From the human T2T-CHM13v2.0 reference genome, Homo sapiens, in assembly GCF_009914755.1 (NCBI RefSeq), contig NC_060935.1: 64,000 nucleotides of DNA, one strand, 5' to 3'. The translations under genes and the position numbers were made by a program. This document shows, one piece after another, positions 12,400-24,744 of the stretch. A model generated the notes under the pieces. The model was not told the origin of the DNA and made no database searches. It saw only the letters and a list, made by a program, of their open reading frames with translations. Every line of letters starts with the position of its first letter. Position 1 is the stretch's first letter.

Positions 12400-14230
12400 T
12401 GATTAGGATGGTAAAGGGTGTTTCACGAGCCTATGAAAACAGTGCCTAGCTTTGTTCTAGAGAAAATTTCTCAAAGGAGGTGAAAAACAAATGGAGACAT
12501 TAAGAATGAGAAGTTAGCCAGAAGAATTGAAGGAAGAGAGGGGCCCGGGGAGAAATGTACTGTGCAGATCATTCATGCAAAGCAGATAAAGCTGACAAAT
12601 CCTCTATCCATATGGATAGTAGCTAAGAGCATGTGGGGGAGACAAATAATACATAGATATTTGACAGGAGCTATGATAAAAAACAACACAATAGTAGGAA
12701 AGAATATGGGGATAGATATTTTATACAAAATCATCATGGAAGACAGCTCTGAGGAGGTGACATTTTAAAACAAACATCTGAAGGGAGTGAGGGAGTTAGA
12801 CGTGGATTGGCTTTGTGATTAATGGAAATGAAATGCATGGAACTTCCACATTAAAATATTCTGGGCGAAGAGTCTTCCAAGACAAGGGAACAAAAAGTGC
12901 CGTTCTGAAGCAGTAGCACACGTTTGTTGTGTTGAAGGAACAGCATGAAGACCAATGTGGCAGATGCAGAGGTAAGAAAGGTAGCCTGGATATGGATTGT
13001 ATAGGGTCTTGTAGACATTGGTCAAAACTTTCAAAAGATAGCTTTGGCTGCTGTCTTAAAAAAAAAAAAAAAGAGTGGGGTGTGAAACATATGAGAAAAC
13101 AAAGTGACAGGCTTAGACACAGTTGCAACATCACGAAACGAGGGTGATGGTGGCTTGGATTAAAGTTACAGCAGGGGAACTCAGATTCAGGATGTATTTT
13201 CAAGGTGCAAATGACAGGATTTGCTGATGAATTGAAAGCAAGGTATGACAGCAAGGTTGAGGAGAACAATGTCAAGGTTTATAACCTAAACAACTGAGTG
13301 AATGGTGGTTTCATTTAACTTAGATAAACACAGAAAGAGAAACAGGATTGGGACTAGTCGGGAGAAGAACCGGAAATCCTGAGTTCTGTTTTAGGAAAAT
13401 GAGGCTAAAGATTATAGTCAGACTTCCAGAATTCCGCTACTTTTTAGTATATATGAATTTGGAATTCAGGGGGAAAGTCAAGGCAAGGTGTACACATTTG
13501 GAAGCTATCAGACTAAAGAGAGTATATAGAGAAATGGGCCTGAATGTAAGAGCAGAAGATATCTGAGGATTGAGCCCTAGCCCATTCCAACCTCACTTAG
13601 AAGTTGGGAAGAGGATGAGGTTTGAACAAAGGAACCTGAAAATAAGTAGCCAATAATACAGGGTAAAAATCAAAAGAGTATGTTGTCCTAGACATCAAGT
13701 GAAGAAAGCATTTCTGAAAGGAGGGGATTATAAATTGAGTCATGTGCCTCTAAGACAAAGATTGAGAATCAACCATTGGATTGAGCAGCATGAAGATCTC
13801 TGGTGATCTTTGCAATTTTGGTGAAGTGGTGGGGACAAAAGTTTGACTAGATTGAAAACATAGGAGAAAAGGAAGTGGACAGTGAATATAGCTAATTTGG
13901 TAAGAATTTTTGCAATAAAGAAGAGCAGAGAAATGAAGTGATAGATGAAAATGTTTGGTCTAGAAAATATGTTTCGTAAGGCACAAAATATTGCAAAATA
14001 CTTGATTGACAAAAGGAAAGTAGTCAGGAGAAATTGTCAAGGGAAACTTATGGCACAAGAGAGATGGGAGAGTTGAGGAAGCAAGTCTTTATTAGGATGA
14101 CAGGTGATTGTATCTGGGGCATAAGAAGACAGGCAAAACCTAGATGGGAGCAAGACTCATTCTTCCATAGTGCTGGAGGAAAAGGCAGCATTTGCAGGCA
14201 CAGAAGTGTGGATGTGGGTGGAGCAGAGAC
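12400..14230 (-). mobile_element. Long LINE2 (L2a-like) remnant
   Basis: ctctgaggaggtgacattt, gttgaaggaacagcatgaagacc, gattcaggatgtattttcaagg, ggatttgctgatgaattg, gaggattgagccct, ccattggattgagc. Confidence 0.85.
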
Positions 14231-14459
14231 CATCAGTTCACGGAGAGAAAAAGAAGTAGTTTTGTCAGGCTGGAGTCTAGAGTGTATAGAGGATAGTTGT
14301 TGAATGGACACATGACATCTTCAGTTGATCACCTCAAAATGAGTTTGAGATGTTGATCTTACATGATCATGACTTAGGTTTAAAAGAACTGCTTGGAGAA
14401 ATTTCCAAATGTGCTTAAAATGAAATAATTGTACACTCTTTCAGCACATCTGCTTTAAA

Positions 14460-14720
14460 TAATAACAAGAATGCCTAACATGTGCCACATGTCAAGCATT
14501 ACTCCAAGTATTTTGCAGGTATTAGAATATTTAATCCTCGCAACAAATCTAGGAGGTAAGTACTATTATTATTCTCATTTTGCAAAGGAGAAAACAGAGG
14601 CATATAGAGATTAAATTACTTAAGACAAAAGTCTCACAACTAGAAAATGGCAGAGCTGGGATTTCAGCTCAGAAAGTCTGATACAAGAGCTCATGTTATC
14701 AATCATTTGCTATATTGCCC
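14460..14720 (-). mobile_element. MIR
   Basis: atttaatcctcgcaacaaatctaggaggtaagtactattattattctcattttgca...gaaaacagaggc...atggcagagctgggattt. Confidence 0.85.
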
Positions 14721-15099
14721 TTCTGATCAGCGGCCATCTCGAGGTGTAAGTTCTGTTAAACTTCTTTGTAAAAGTAATGAGCCTTTGTAGTCACTTCTTT
14801 GATGAATGACCTGCACAAGGTTTATAAAGTGTGACTGGGAGAGGGGCAAGTACAGGGAGATTGGGAGAATATTCCAGGAAGTCTGGCAGTCCAGCTTCCC
14901 CAGGTCTGGTGAAGAAGTGTTTGATCAAGGCGACACGTGGCCGTGCTCCTGAGAGTTCATGCTCCTACCTCCCAGGTCTCGCTGTCTCCTCTGTGCACCT
15001 CCTTGAACAGCTGCACTGGCTGAAGGACACTACGTGACCCAAAACAGGGGCTCACCCACCAAGCTTCTCCACAGCCAACTGTCTAAGCATCCAACCAAG

Positions 15100-15477
15100 C
15101 CATTGGGCCCAACAGGCAAACATGACTGCAACGTAAACAGCCAGTACTCACCATGTTCTCTCTGTATTTTCCAGACTTCTGTAGAGTTGGGATGAAACTA
15201 CATGCTGAGATCTGGCCAGTGGGCTGTAAGTGGAAGTGACAGTGGCATGTGTCAGTCCCAACCCAATGCAGTTTAGAGTTGTTTTTCCTCCTCTATTTCC
15301 CTTTTCCTTCCTGGGCCAACACTTAATTCCAGATGGTGGATCCAGTTACTGACGGAAAGGGCCAGCTAATCCGCATCAGATTTTATGTGAATGAGAAATA
15401 TACTTCTGCTCAGTGAAGCTATTGAGGCTTTGGAGGGTTGATTGTTGAGGCAGTTATCAGTAATTACCTTAATAAAG
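15100..15477 (+). mobile_element. MLT1J-like LTR
   Basis: tctggccagtgggctgtaagtggaagtgac...tgtgaatgagaaatatacttc...gaagctattgag. Confidence 0.65.
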
Positions 15478-15619
15478 CAGGCAAGCAACTTTCAGTCACC
15501 AACATGGTTCCCAGGGGTCTAGGCTGTGGCCTCTGCTGGAGCAAGTGGTGAGGAGAAGAAAGGTTGAGCCCAGAAGTCACTCAACCAGCCTGCCATGATG
15601 GCAGAAAAGAGGAAGGGGC

Positions 15620-16200
15620 TTTGGTTGAAGGCCATTTTGTTGACGGAAACAGAAATTGCCTCAAGGTAGCGTAAGTACAAAGAGCTAGAGAAATGAGAGA
15701 AACTACTCTCTAGAAATAATAGTTCTCTAGAAATAGAAAGCTACTATTCTAATGGTAATATTTCTCAGGGCCATCTAAAAAGCCAAAGAATAAAATGTGT
15801 CTGGGATAAAAAAGGACAGACAAAAATTAGAAAATCAGAGAAGTTAACCATTCTCAGGAATCATATGGTTTCTCCTCTCTCTGGTTCTCTTTCTCTGCTC
15901 TTGGCCTGGCTTCATCTGATTGCACTTGACTCTGCTTGGATACACGGTTCTGACCCTATGTGATCTCTCATGAGTGTCTGCCACCATCCGAGTGGCTCAA
16001 TCCCAAACTATCTCGATTCCAAATTCCTTTGTGACAGAATGGCATTGGTTCAGCCAACCCATCTGTGCTTGACCTGAATCAGGTGGCTATGATCTTCACC
16101 AAGTTCAATTAGAACTGGCCACAGGGAAGGGTCTTATGACCTCAAAAGTGGCTGTGAGAGATGGGGCTAGGCAATTTCAGATCAGGTACTGGGCCAAGAA
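15620..16200 (-). mobile_element. Very old MLT1-type LTR remnant
   Basis: gaaacagaaattgcctcaagg...gaatggcattggttcagcc...aatcaggtg...ggccacagggaaggg. Confidence 0.4.
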
Positions 16201-17574
16201 CTTAAAACAGGTCTACCACAGAAGAGAATTTCTAGGAGGCTTTATGACAGAATTGCTAAAACACTTAAGGAGTTAAAGGAGGCATTATAGAGACGAAAAG
16301 ATACAGTGTAAGTAGAAAGAAAAAGAATGTCAGGCCAGAAGGAGGAATGAATGCGGAAGTGAGCCCCAAGTCAGAGTTGGCTTCAACTCAGGGCAGGCCA
16401 ACAGCTGCAGAGGGTGCTGATCTGCCATGCACGCAAAAGCATCATTGAAACACATTGGAAATATAGGGCCAGTTAATTTCAGGCTTCCATATGTGGCATC
16501 ACCAGAGAAATGTAAATTGGTTCTACTGCCACTGATCTAGAAGTATCCTCAAATATACAAAATATGTTGATATTCCTTACTAGGGCTGCATGTCTCTACT
16601 GACATTTCTGCAAGTTGCACAGAGCAGCTGCAACTCCAAACCAGCCCACTGACAGTTGCCTGAGGTTAACTCTCAGAGTCAACAACATTTGAAAGTGGTT
16701 TTATGCCTAACATAGAACTATTTAGCAAAAATAAAAGATTTATTTTTACATACGTTTCAAATTCTATAATACGTCTCCCAAGGAAGATACTTCAAGCTTC
16801 AGGAAGTCACCAAAGAGAGCTGAAAAGAGAACAGAACTATAGAAAAGTGTTTTTGTGGAATTGTTTTCACAACATTGACTCTGCTTGTGCCAGCTGAACT
16901 GATTAAGTAAACATGTTTCAAAATAAAATATATGTTAATAGAAGATGAGTTATCATCATCTCCATTAAATGTTTAGAGACTATTGGTTGGAACGGATGTC
17001 ACATTATTAGCTTGTTTGGTAAGCATCTTAATTCAGCTTTGGTTGGCCTGTGCAAAAACAGGAAATAAGTCACTGTCCAGTCCTCAGCGATCATGCTGAT
17101 AATCATGGAAAACCCTAATTACCCAGGAAAATGACGACAACAAAAAAATGCTAGATGGTGTCTGCTAAATGGTGTGGTATAAAGCCTCAACATCCAATGT
17201 ACCCTGAAGACCCCTACAAAGGAAAAGAAAGAGAACACTTCTTGAGATTGTTTGTACAGAGTTAATAACTTAATCCTGTGGTTACAACTTAATTCAGGTA
17301 TAAAGACAAACTTTATGAATGAAGGAAAAAAATCATTTCAATAAACTGTGACACACTCTCTCTTAATCCTCGCTTCTTCACATAGTAAACACGGATCCAA
17401 AACATTTCCACAGTACAAGAATGAATAAACTTCCACAGACTTATTAAATGAGTTTCTTTTACGATGTAGTACATTAAAATTTCCTTCTTTTTTCTCTTTC
17501 TTTCTAGGATCTTTAACACCCCCTATCCGGTGTTACCTCAATGCTGGTATTCATTGCATCAATTTGTTGAGAAT

Positions 17575-18240
17575 TTGCTAAATTAAACTAAACTACTCAT
17601 GGAGACTCTACTGTGTGTAGGATAGTGTGCCAGGTATTACAGGGACTATAATGTTGAACTAGAGTTCAGCATCTAATACAGAAAATCACCTCTTAGTCGT
17701 GGCTGGGAGGTGGACCATGGTATGGAACTGAATTCACACAGTAGGAGACACCAGAAATCCAGGGTAGCAGAAAGAAGATAGGACCCTAAGGATAGGCCCC
17801 TTAGAGGATTGATGCTGGCCAAGTCAGCCCCTGGGATGAGGAAAGGCCAGCAGAATGACAATATCCAGCTAGATAGAGGGAAAGGAGCTCAAAGGAATTT
17901 CATAGCAGGTGAAGCTCACACATGAGGAAATTCATAAGGAGGGGCTAGGAACTGGGACCTGACCCTCAGGGCAGAGGCTTGGGGAAGCCACAAGCAGGGA
18001 TTCTCTAGGTTGTGGAAGCCCTAGGGACCTGGGACAGAACCTTGGAGAATGCTGTCATTTAGGGGACATAAAGAAGTCATAGTGAAGAGGAAATGAACAT
18101 GACCTCAGGATATTGCAGTGTCACAGAAACTAAATGGAGGAAGAGTTTGTGGGAGGAGGTATTAGTCACCAGAAAGCGGACAGAAAAAGCCACCAAGTAC
18201 TGATTAGGAAGCTATGAGAGACCTTCTGGAAAGCCCTGGT
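17575..18240 (-). mobile_element. LINE2 fragments
   Basis: gtgtgccaggtattacagggact...gggacagaaccttggagaatgctgtcatttagg...gtgtcacagaaact. Confidence 0.55.
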
Positions 18241-18904
18241 GAAGGACAGCTAAAACAGTTGCCTAAGCAGTTCTCTGTGCCTTCACTAGACAATTCTGGC
18301 AGGTTCGCATGACGGGCATCTTCATGGCAAACGCCACACTCATCTATGATGAATCACGTTTTCTTTCTGAGTGTCAGTGCACATGACTCCCAAATAGTAT
18401 GAATGTAAGTCATTCTTAATTCCGACAGGTACTCGACTGTGTTTCCAAACAGAAAGGGAATTATTTTTTTCTAACCTTGCTATTGTGAGAGCTGAAAGTC
18501 ACTCACTGGATTTAATTCTTTTTTTGTGATCAATTATTTTATGACAGTGAGATATCTAAATTGCCATTTGGATTGGCTGCAGGAATAAGGCTTACACAAC
18601 AGCAACAGTGTAGCTGGGGACCTGCAAGCAATGAGACAGAGTAGTGGGCTAACCACTGTCATGTGTGAGGGACATAGTCATGCGGCTGTTCATTCTCAAC
18701 ACATAGTGCCTGTAGACACAGCTAAAAGGCGCCTGTCTGGGTGGGTAGTGGGGATGTAGAACACCAAAGTCCCAGGACACACCCACATGATAAAGAGTAA
18801 ACACTCCTCCTCCTTTTGCCTTTTGATATAGGAGTTATAAAGTATTTTTCAAAAAGGTCTGCCTTTGCCAATTATACTTCATGTCATACCTGTATTTTTA
18901 AAAG

Positions 18905-19105
18905 AATTAGAAGCTCTGAGTTGGAAACATTGCCACATTACTTCCTAGCTGTGTGATTTTAGGCAAATCTATTTACCTCTTCTGTGAGCCTCATCTATAA
19001 ACAGGGATAAGACAATCCCATCTTGCAAGCAGGGCTTACAGCTCCTGCATGTAAGATATCTTGCACAAGCAGATGATCAGTAAATGATAGTATTACATTA
19101 TTATT
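18905..19105 (+). mobile_element. MIR
   Basis: cttcctagctgtgtgattttaggcaa...cctcatctataaacaggg...agtaaatgatag. Confidence 0.75.
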
Positions 19106-20199
19106 GACAAGTGGATCTTCATCTCTCTAGCTCTTGTAAATACAACAGTTCAATAAAGGAGAGCATGATAACCTGGTAGAAATGAGGACTTTAATGCTAG
19201 GCTGTTTGCCAAATTTAAGCAGAAGAGCAGGGACATGACTGATGTATTAAGCTCCAGTCTTAATATATCCCTTATAGAAAATGCCAAGGGAAGATCATGG
19301 CCCAGTGGCCCACCAGTTCAGTTCCCAAAGTGCCAAGTCTGTGAACCCGTCTTTGTTTGACACATCCTTCCTAGGGATTAAAAAAAGGAAAGAACAAAAA
19401 CCTTAAACTCCTAAACCATTAAAGGGGAGCTGGGGGAAAAGATGAATCCCACATCCACTGAAGAAAGTTGAAATATAGAAGCAGTTGAAATATGAAATTC
19501 AGCCAATAGAAAAGAGAATAAAATCTCAAGACACCTTTCAGGGTCGAACATGTCCAGTCACTAAGACATGAATTGTGTTGTGTATGTTCTGCTTTTTTAG
19601 GCAAGGTATGAGCTTCAGAGGCATAACTTGCTGAAAAAAATGAGAAAAGTAAGTGGTGGTTTTTTGAAAGCTGATCATGCACTCAGGCTGTTGACATTTG
19701 CTCCGTGGTTTTATATACCACTATCTGAGAACCATGAGTATTTTTCACTATAAATGCCTGAATGGATGTACTGTGTCTGCTGGCTTTGGAGACCAGAGTC
19801 AACTTAAATTACCCAGGGCTTAGATGGGAGCCAGTGTGGAGAATAGCAGTCAGCTAGATTTCAAAGTGCAGCTTGGAGTTTACAATCCCTTTAGCCCTAA
19901 GGGATGCTGACCAAAGGGTAGTGAGCAAAATTGGTGGATGCCTCAGAGGATAAATCTGAGAACAAAACATGTTGGAGAGAGACAGGAAGAATACAGACAT
20001 TAGTTCATATGATTCAGTTGCAAGTGATAAAAAAAATCTGCTTGGGATAGACAAAACAAAGAAAAGCATGAGATTTACTGAAAGGGATTAACACAAGCCA
20101 AGGGTCTTGTGTTACCACACCCTGGGACAGGCAGCATTGCAGCAGGCATTTGTGGACTATCCTGCTGGACAGGACCAAGCTCTCAATGTCCAGTATCTG

Positions 20200-20742
20200 T
20201 GAGTCTCAGTGAAATTGTGCCTCGCAGGGTGAAATGGACCAAAGAGCAGGATTAAAGGGGGCTGGTGACTAACAAAATTTATGAGTTTGTTTTCAGGATG
20301 TCTACTTACAGGACCACAGGGCCAGTTGAAGCTGGCCAGAATCAATGTCTGACTGGAGCTTGTACCAAGATTTGCCTGCCCACTGGGTGAACTTTTGACA
20401 GCACAGCCCAAATTTCCACCACATGTTCCGTATCAAACCCCCTTAATTTACATGTTCAACCCATGAAGAGATACGACAGGATAACTGCACATGCCCAAGA
20501 GGCTTTCCTAACTTCCCTTTACCCTCCACCAATCCTTAACCAACCCAGAGACCCAACTTCTAAAACTGCTGCCCTTAAATACACAACTTGTGAGCCGAAG
20601 AGGGAAGATGGATTTGAGCCCATCTTCTGTCCCCTTCCTCAGCCATCTTAAAATAATCCTTTCTCTCTACAAAAAATCAGGTGCTGCAGTGTTTGGCTTT
20701 CAGTTGAATGTGGGCTAATGGACCCAGTTCAGTTAGGTAATA
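20200..20742 (+). mobile_element. ERV1 solo LTR (MER66/MER67 group)
   Basis: ggataactgcacatgcccaag...ccaccaatc...gatggatttgagc...cagtgtttggctttc...ggacccagttcagttaggtaata. Confidence 0.65.
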
Positions 20743-21019
20743 CCAGTTTTGACAAACCAAAGCACATATTTGGCTGAGGTGTGTCGAGGGAGGCACATTC
20801 TGAGGAAAGCATGGTTTTACCAGGCACCTTTCTTGAGCATTAAGTGTCTCCCAGAGAACAGGGGTCAAACCACTACTCAGTGCTTGTTCACCATGTAGAA
20901 GAATGGAGAAAGAGATGGGACAGGAAACAGGACTCCTCCATTGACAGGGTGTTTCCAGCAACTGATAAGTATTTATGGCATGGACTTTTATCTAAAATGA
21001 CATTTGAGAGACAAGAAAA

Positions 21020-21470
21020 GTAGAAACAACCCATGTATCAATGGAGGGATATGGAAAACATGATATATGCACATAATGGAATATCATTCAGCTTTAAAAG
21101 GAAGGAAATTCTGACATAGGCTACAACATGAATGAACCTTGAGAACATTATGCTAAGTGAAATAAACCAGTCACAAAAAGACAAATACTGTATGATTCCA
21201 TTTATGTGAGGTGCTTAGTCACATTCGTAGATACAGAAAGTAAGTACAATGTTGGTTGCCAGAGGCTGAGGGCAGGCAAGAATGGGGAGCCAGTGTTCAA
21301 TGGGTACAAAATTTCAGTTTGGGAAGATGAGAAAATTCCAGGAAGAGATGGTGTAATGGTTGCACAATAATGTGAATGCTCTTAATGCCACTGAACTGTA
21401 CACCTAAAATGGGCTAAAATGATAAATATTATATTATGTATATTTACAATATAAAAAGCAAAAAAAAAAG
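21020..21470 (+). mobile_element. L1MB3/4-like 3' end
   Basis: aaggaaattctgaca...aaccttgagaacattatgctaagtgaaata...gccactgaactgtacac, A-tail. Confidence 0.9.
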
Positions 21471-22295
21471 AAACCTATATACATTACGAAGAAGGGAGCA
21501 AAGAGAAAGCAAATGAATGTTTATGTTTGAATTATTTCATAATATTAATAACAATTTCTATAGTAAAACAGCAAATGTTCTCTGGTCTACAGAAACCTGC
21601 CATTGTACCCTTTGTTTAAATCCAGGCATGAGTCATTTAGGGGTTTGCATATGCCATTTATTTCCTTTTTTTGTTGTGCTTTCTTTTGTCCCCAGAAGAG
21701 CCCACCAAAGCACCCTGCAAGGAAAAGCATCAGCACTTGAGTATCTGTCACACAGAAAGCCTCAAGCTAAGTAACTACAGCACTAAGTGAGACCTTCCCC
21801 TTACTCTTTCTTTTTCCTGTCACAATCCTGAAAAAATCCAGAGGCCCAGAGCAATGGAAAAGGGAGCAGGACAGATGTGAGGCCCTGATCTAGAGGAGGG
21901 GGAAGTTGTAGGAGAAATTGAAATGTTGATGTAATACTAGACAGGACTTCTTAAGATGAGACTTTTAGATGTCAGGAAGTGGTAAAAATAGCTAGAACAT
22001 TTGCCTGAACCATTATTGGGGGGTGGGAAAAGGAGTTTCAGCACATCAGATTTAAAAGGCAATACTGAGAAAAAATAGTTGCTTCCTACTTGCACCCTAC
22101 TAAAAGCAGCTGGCTCAATAGCAGAATTAAGCCCATATTACATCTTTGCCATGATCCTAAAGAGATAGAGATTATCCTCTTCCCATGTAAGGAAACCAAT
22201 ATTTGAATAAGTCAATGAATGTATCCAAGGTCCTATTAGTAAGTTAAAGGATCAGGGTCTAAAGCCTACACAGTTCTCTATGTGCCATGCTACCT

Positions 22296-22476
22296 GCCTC
22301 CCGAGTAGCTGGGACTACAGGTGCCTGCCACCATGCCCAGCTAATTTTTTGTATTTTCAGTAGAGATGGGGTTTCACCATGTTAGCCAGGATGGTCTCAA
22401 TCTCCTAACCTTGTGATCACCCCGCCTCAGCCAACCGAAGTGCTGGGATTACAGGCGTGAGCCACTGTTCTCGGCC
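22296..22476 (-). mobile_element. 3'-truncated Alu (AluSc/Y-like)
   Basis: Left arm plus the start of the right arm; no distal right arm or A-tail. Confidence 0.9.
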
Positions 22477-23369
22477 CTACAAATACTCTTAATACACCAG
22501 TACATGAGCATGCAAAGGACAGAATGTAATGACACTTTCTTTTGTAATGTTTGCTAGGAAGGAACCTTGCAGTGACTGTGGCAACACGATACTGCCAAGG
22601 ATATCAGTTTGGCCTCCAAAATGAGGTTTTCTGGAATGCAGGATCTGAGACTCCCAGTTTTAAGCCAAGGATTTAAGGAAGTTCATTGCAATTGCATTAC
22701 CAGTATTTATAAGTTTTAACTTTGAATTCAATCCTCATTTAGTGGGTGAGGTAAATAATGGTTGGTGCTTTGTGAACTTTTATGGCTGGAGTGATGGATG
22801 GCCTAAACAATTGGCAGTCTGCTCTATCCATTCATTAACTCTAAACTACATATTTTCCAGGTTCAACTCTGAACTTAGGTATTTCAAATAGATGACATAT
22901 TTCCCCTTGTTCTCCAGGCTGCTGTATTTATAGCCCTTGCCTTCTGAATCCTCACTTTTCCCTCTTTAGATGTCAATGATAGTTCCATCCACTCCAGAAA
23001 ACTACTATGGAGGAGGAAGAAAAAAATTAAGGCCATTATGACAATTTTTTTATCCTTCAACTGCCTCCCCTGTATCATTCTGCCTGTGTATGGGGGTAGC
23101 ATCCCATACACCAATTCTCCTGTTAAATTCAGATTTCTTAAAGCGTATTTCAAACAGCCTGTAGGTGTTCTTTCTCCCGACATGTCACCTATCTCTTTCT
23201 TAGTAACTGTTCAGTTCTATTTCCTTCCCTACATAGCTAATAAAAGATCCAAGAAACAAAAAGTCTTTCAAAAGACATCTCCACCTATGTCAGCTATACA
23301 TAGCTATGAGTGCTTTCCCCAAAGGTCAGTGTCAGGAATTCACATCTTCTGGTCCTGCTACAATTGAGG

Positions 23370-23543
23370 CCAGTGGTTCTTGGCCTTGACTGCTCAGCAG
23401 AATCACCTGGGAAAATACTAAAACATACTGGGCATCACACAAGACTCATTAAATTAGAAACTCTGGAGAAGTCATTCAGGCATGGGTAGATTGTAAGTCC
23501 TCCCAGGTTCTTCTAACATACAGCCAGCATTGCAAACCAATTT
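23370..23543. mobile_element. MER5 (hAT-Charlie MITE)
   Basis: cagtggttctt...gaatcacctggga...ctcccaggttcttctaa...cagccag. Confidence 0.75.
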
Positions 23544-23549
23544 TCAAGG

Positions 23550-23802
23550 TCACGGCTACTCAAAGGGTGATTGCAGACCAGTGCTGGTCAGTGAACTTTG
23601 TTACCATTTGAGACAACATAAGTTCATGCCAGCATCCAGTATATCATTACACACACTTTGGTTCAGCTGCCATTTTTTTTTTTTAATAGCAAGAATGTCT
23701 CAGTGAAAGAAGCAGTGCATTGATTTACTCTCCAGCAAAAGCTCCTTAGCTGTTCACTGATATACAACCAAGAATTTGAAGGCTGATTTCTTTGGGTAGC
23801 CC
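23550..23802. mobile_element. Charlie10/Charlie4-like hAT derivative
   Basis: gctactcaaag...gaccagtgctggtcagtgaac terminus; minus strand carries a degraded KSMHCFFH-like hAT CxxH region; ...ttgggtagc at the right end. Confidence 0.65.
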
Positions 23803-24509
23803 TTCTGTAAGTCTTTTTGGCATGCTCAGATATTTCCAGAATTCTTTTATTTCTGTAGCCTCTTTACATCCTGAGCATTTACTTCCAACATTTATTGTTA
23901 TAGTTCTGAGTACTATGTACCAAGGAGGTTATCAATGTCCCTGAACTCTCTAGCATCACTTTACTAGGTTTGAACTTCTGCCATTGAATGCGTATTATTC
24001 AATGGATTATTAAAATGTGCAGAAGACCAGATTACCCAGACACTGGGCCACTGGAGAAACTGTGAAGGGCTTTGAAGTGTTTGAGACTTCAGGGATTCCA
24101 GTTCAATGGCAATAGGCATGCTCTGCCTTCTCCTCCACTCTCCCAGTCTTTCTTTGTTCTCTCCCCTCTATTCTCTTCTACTCATGGTCAGCTTGGGGGG
24201 GTATACAGGAAAGTCACTGACCAATATAGAAAAATATGGAAAACCTCAGGACAGGGCCTACCCCTATACTCCCAAACCAGGGCCATTACTCCAAAAGACA
24301 TTCTTTCTTCTGGATCTTGAAAGTCATGTTAGGTAAGGGAGTGTTTCAAACAGCCTGTAGGTGTTCCAGGTGAGGCTGAAAATATTCCTGGAATGTGTTA
24401 AACTTAATGATCCAACAATTTAAATAGAAGAACAGAGTAATATACTGTAGAAATCAGAATAAAGATAAGCATTTTGTGGGAAAAAGAGAAAGTGCAAATA
24501 GACATTTAA

Positions 24510-24740
24510 GAGCTCCTTAGAAGGCAGCATAAGAAAAGGAATTCTGCATTTGAAACAAGATCTCATTTTCTATCCTGAATCTCTCTCTTTATATTTGTTA
24601 GACAGTGTTTTCAACATATTCATGCATGAGTTTTCACATTTACAAATAGGTCACAGAGCATTTGCCACCAGATTATTGGGAGGCTTAAATGTGGTAATGT
24701 ATGTACAAACAGCCCAGTGCATAGCACCAAGTAATTCTGT
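24510..24740 (+). mobile_element. MIR
   Basis: gagttttcacatttacaaatagg...ggaggcttaaatgtggtaatgtatgtac. Confidence 0.5.
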
Positions 24741-24744
24741 GTTC

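Noticed and set aside
17478-17560. Strong polypyrimidine tract plus TAG acceptor; also isolated donor-like sites near 7722 and 11361
   Set aside because: I cannot build a coherent exon chain; such signals are common, though a lncRNA exon cannot be excluded without RNA data
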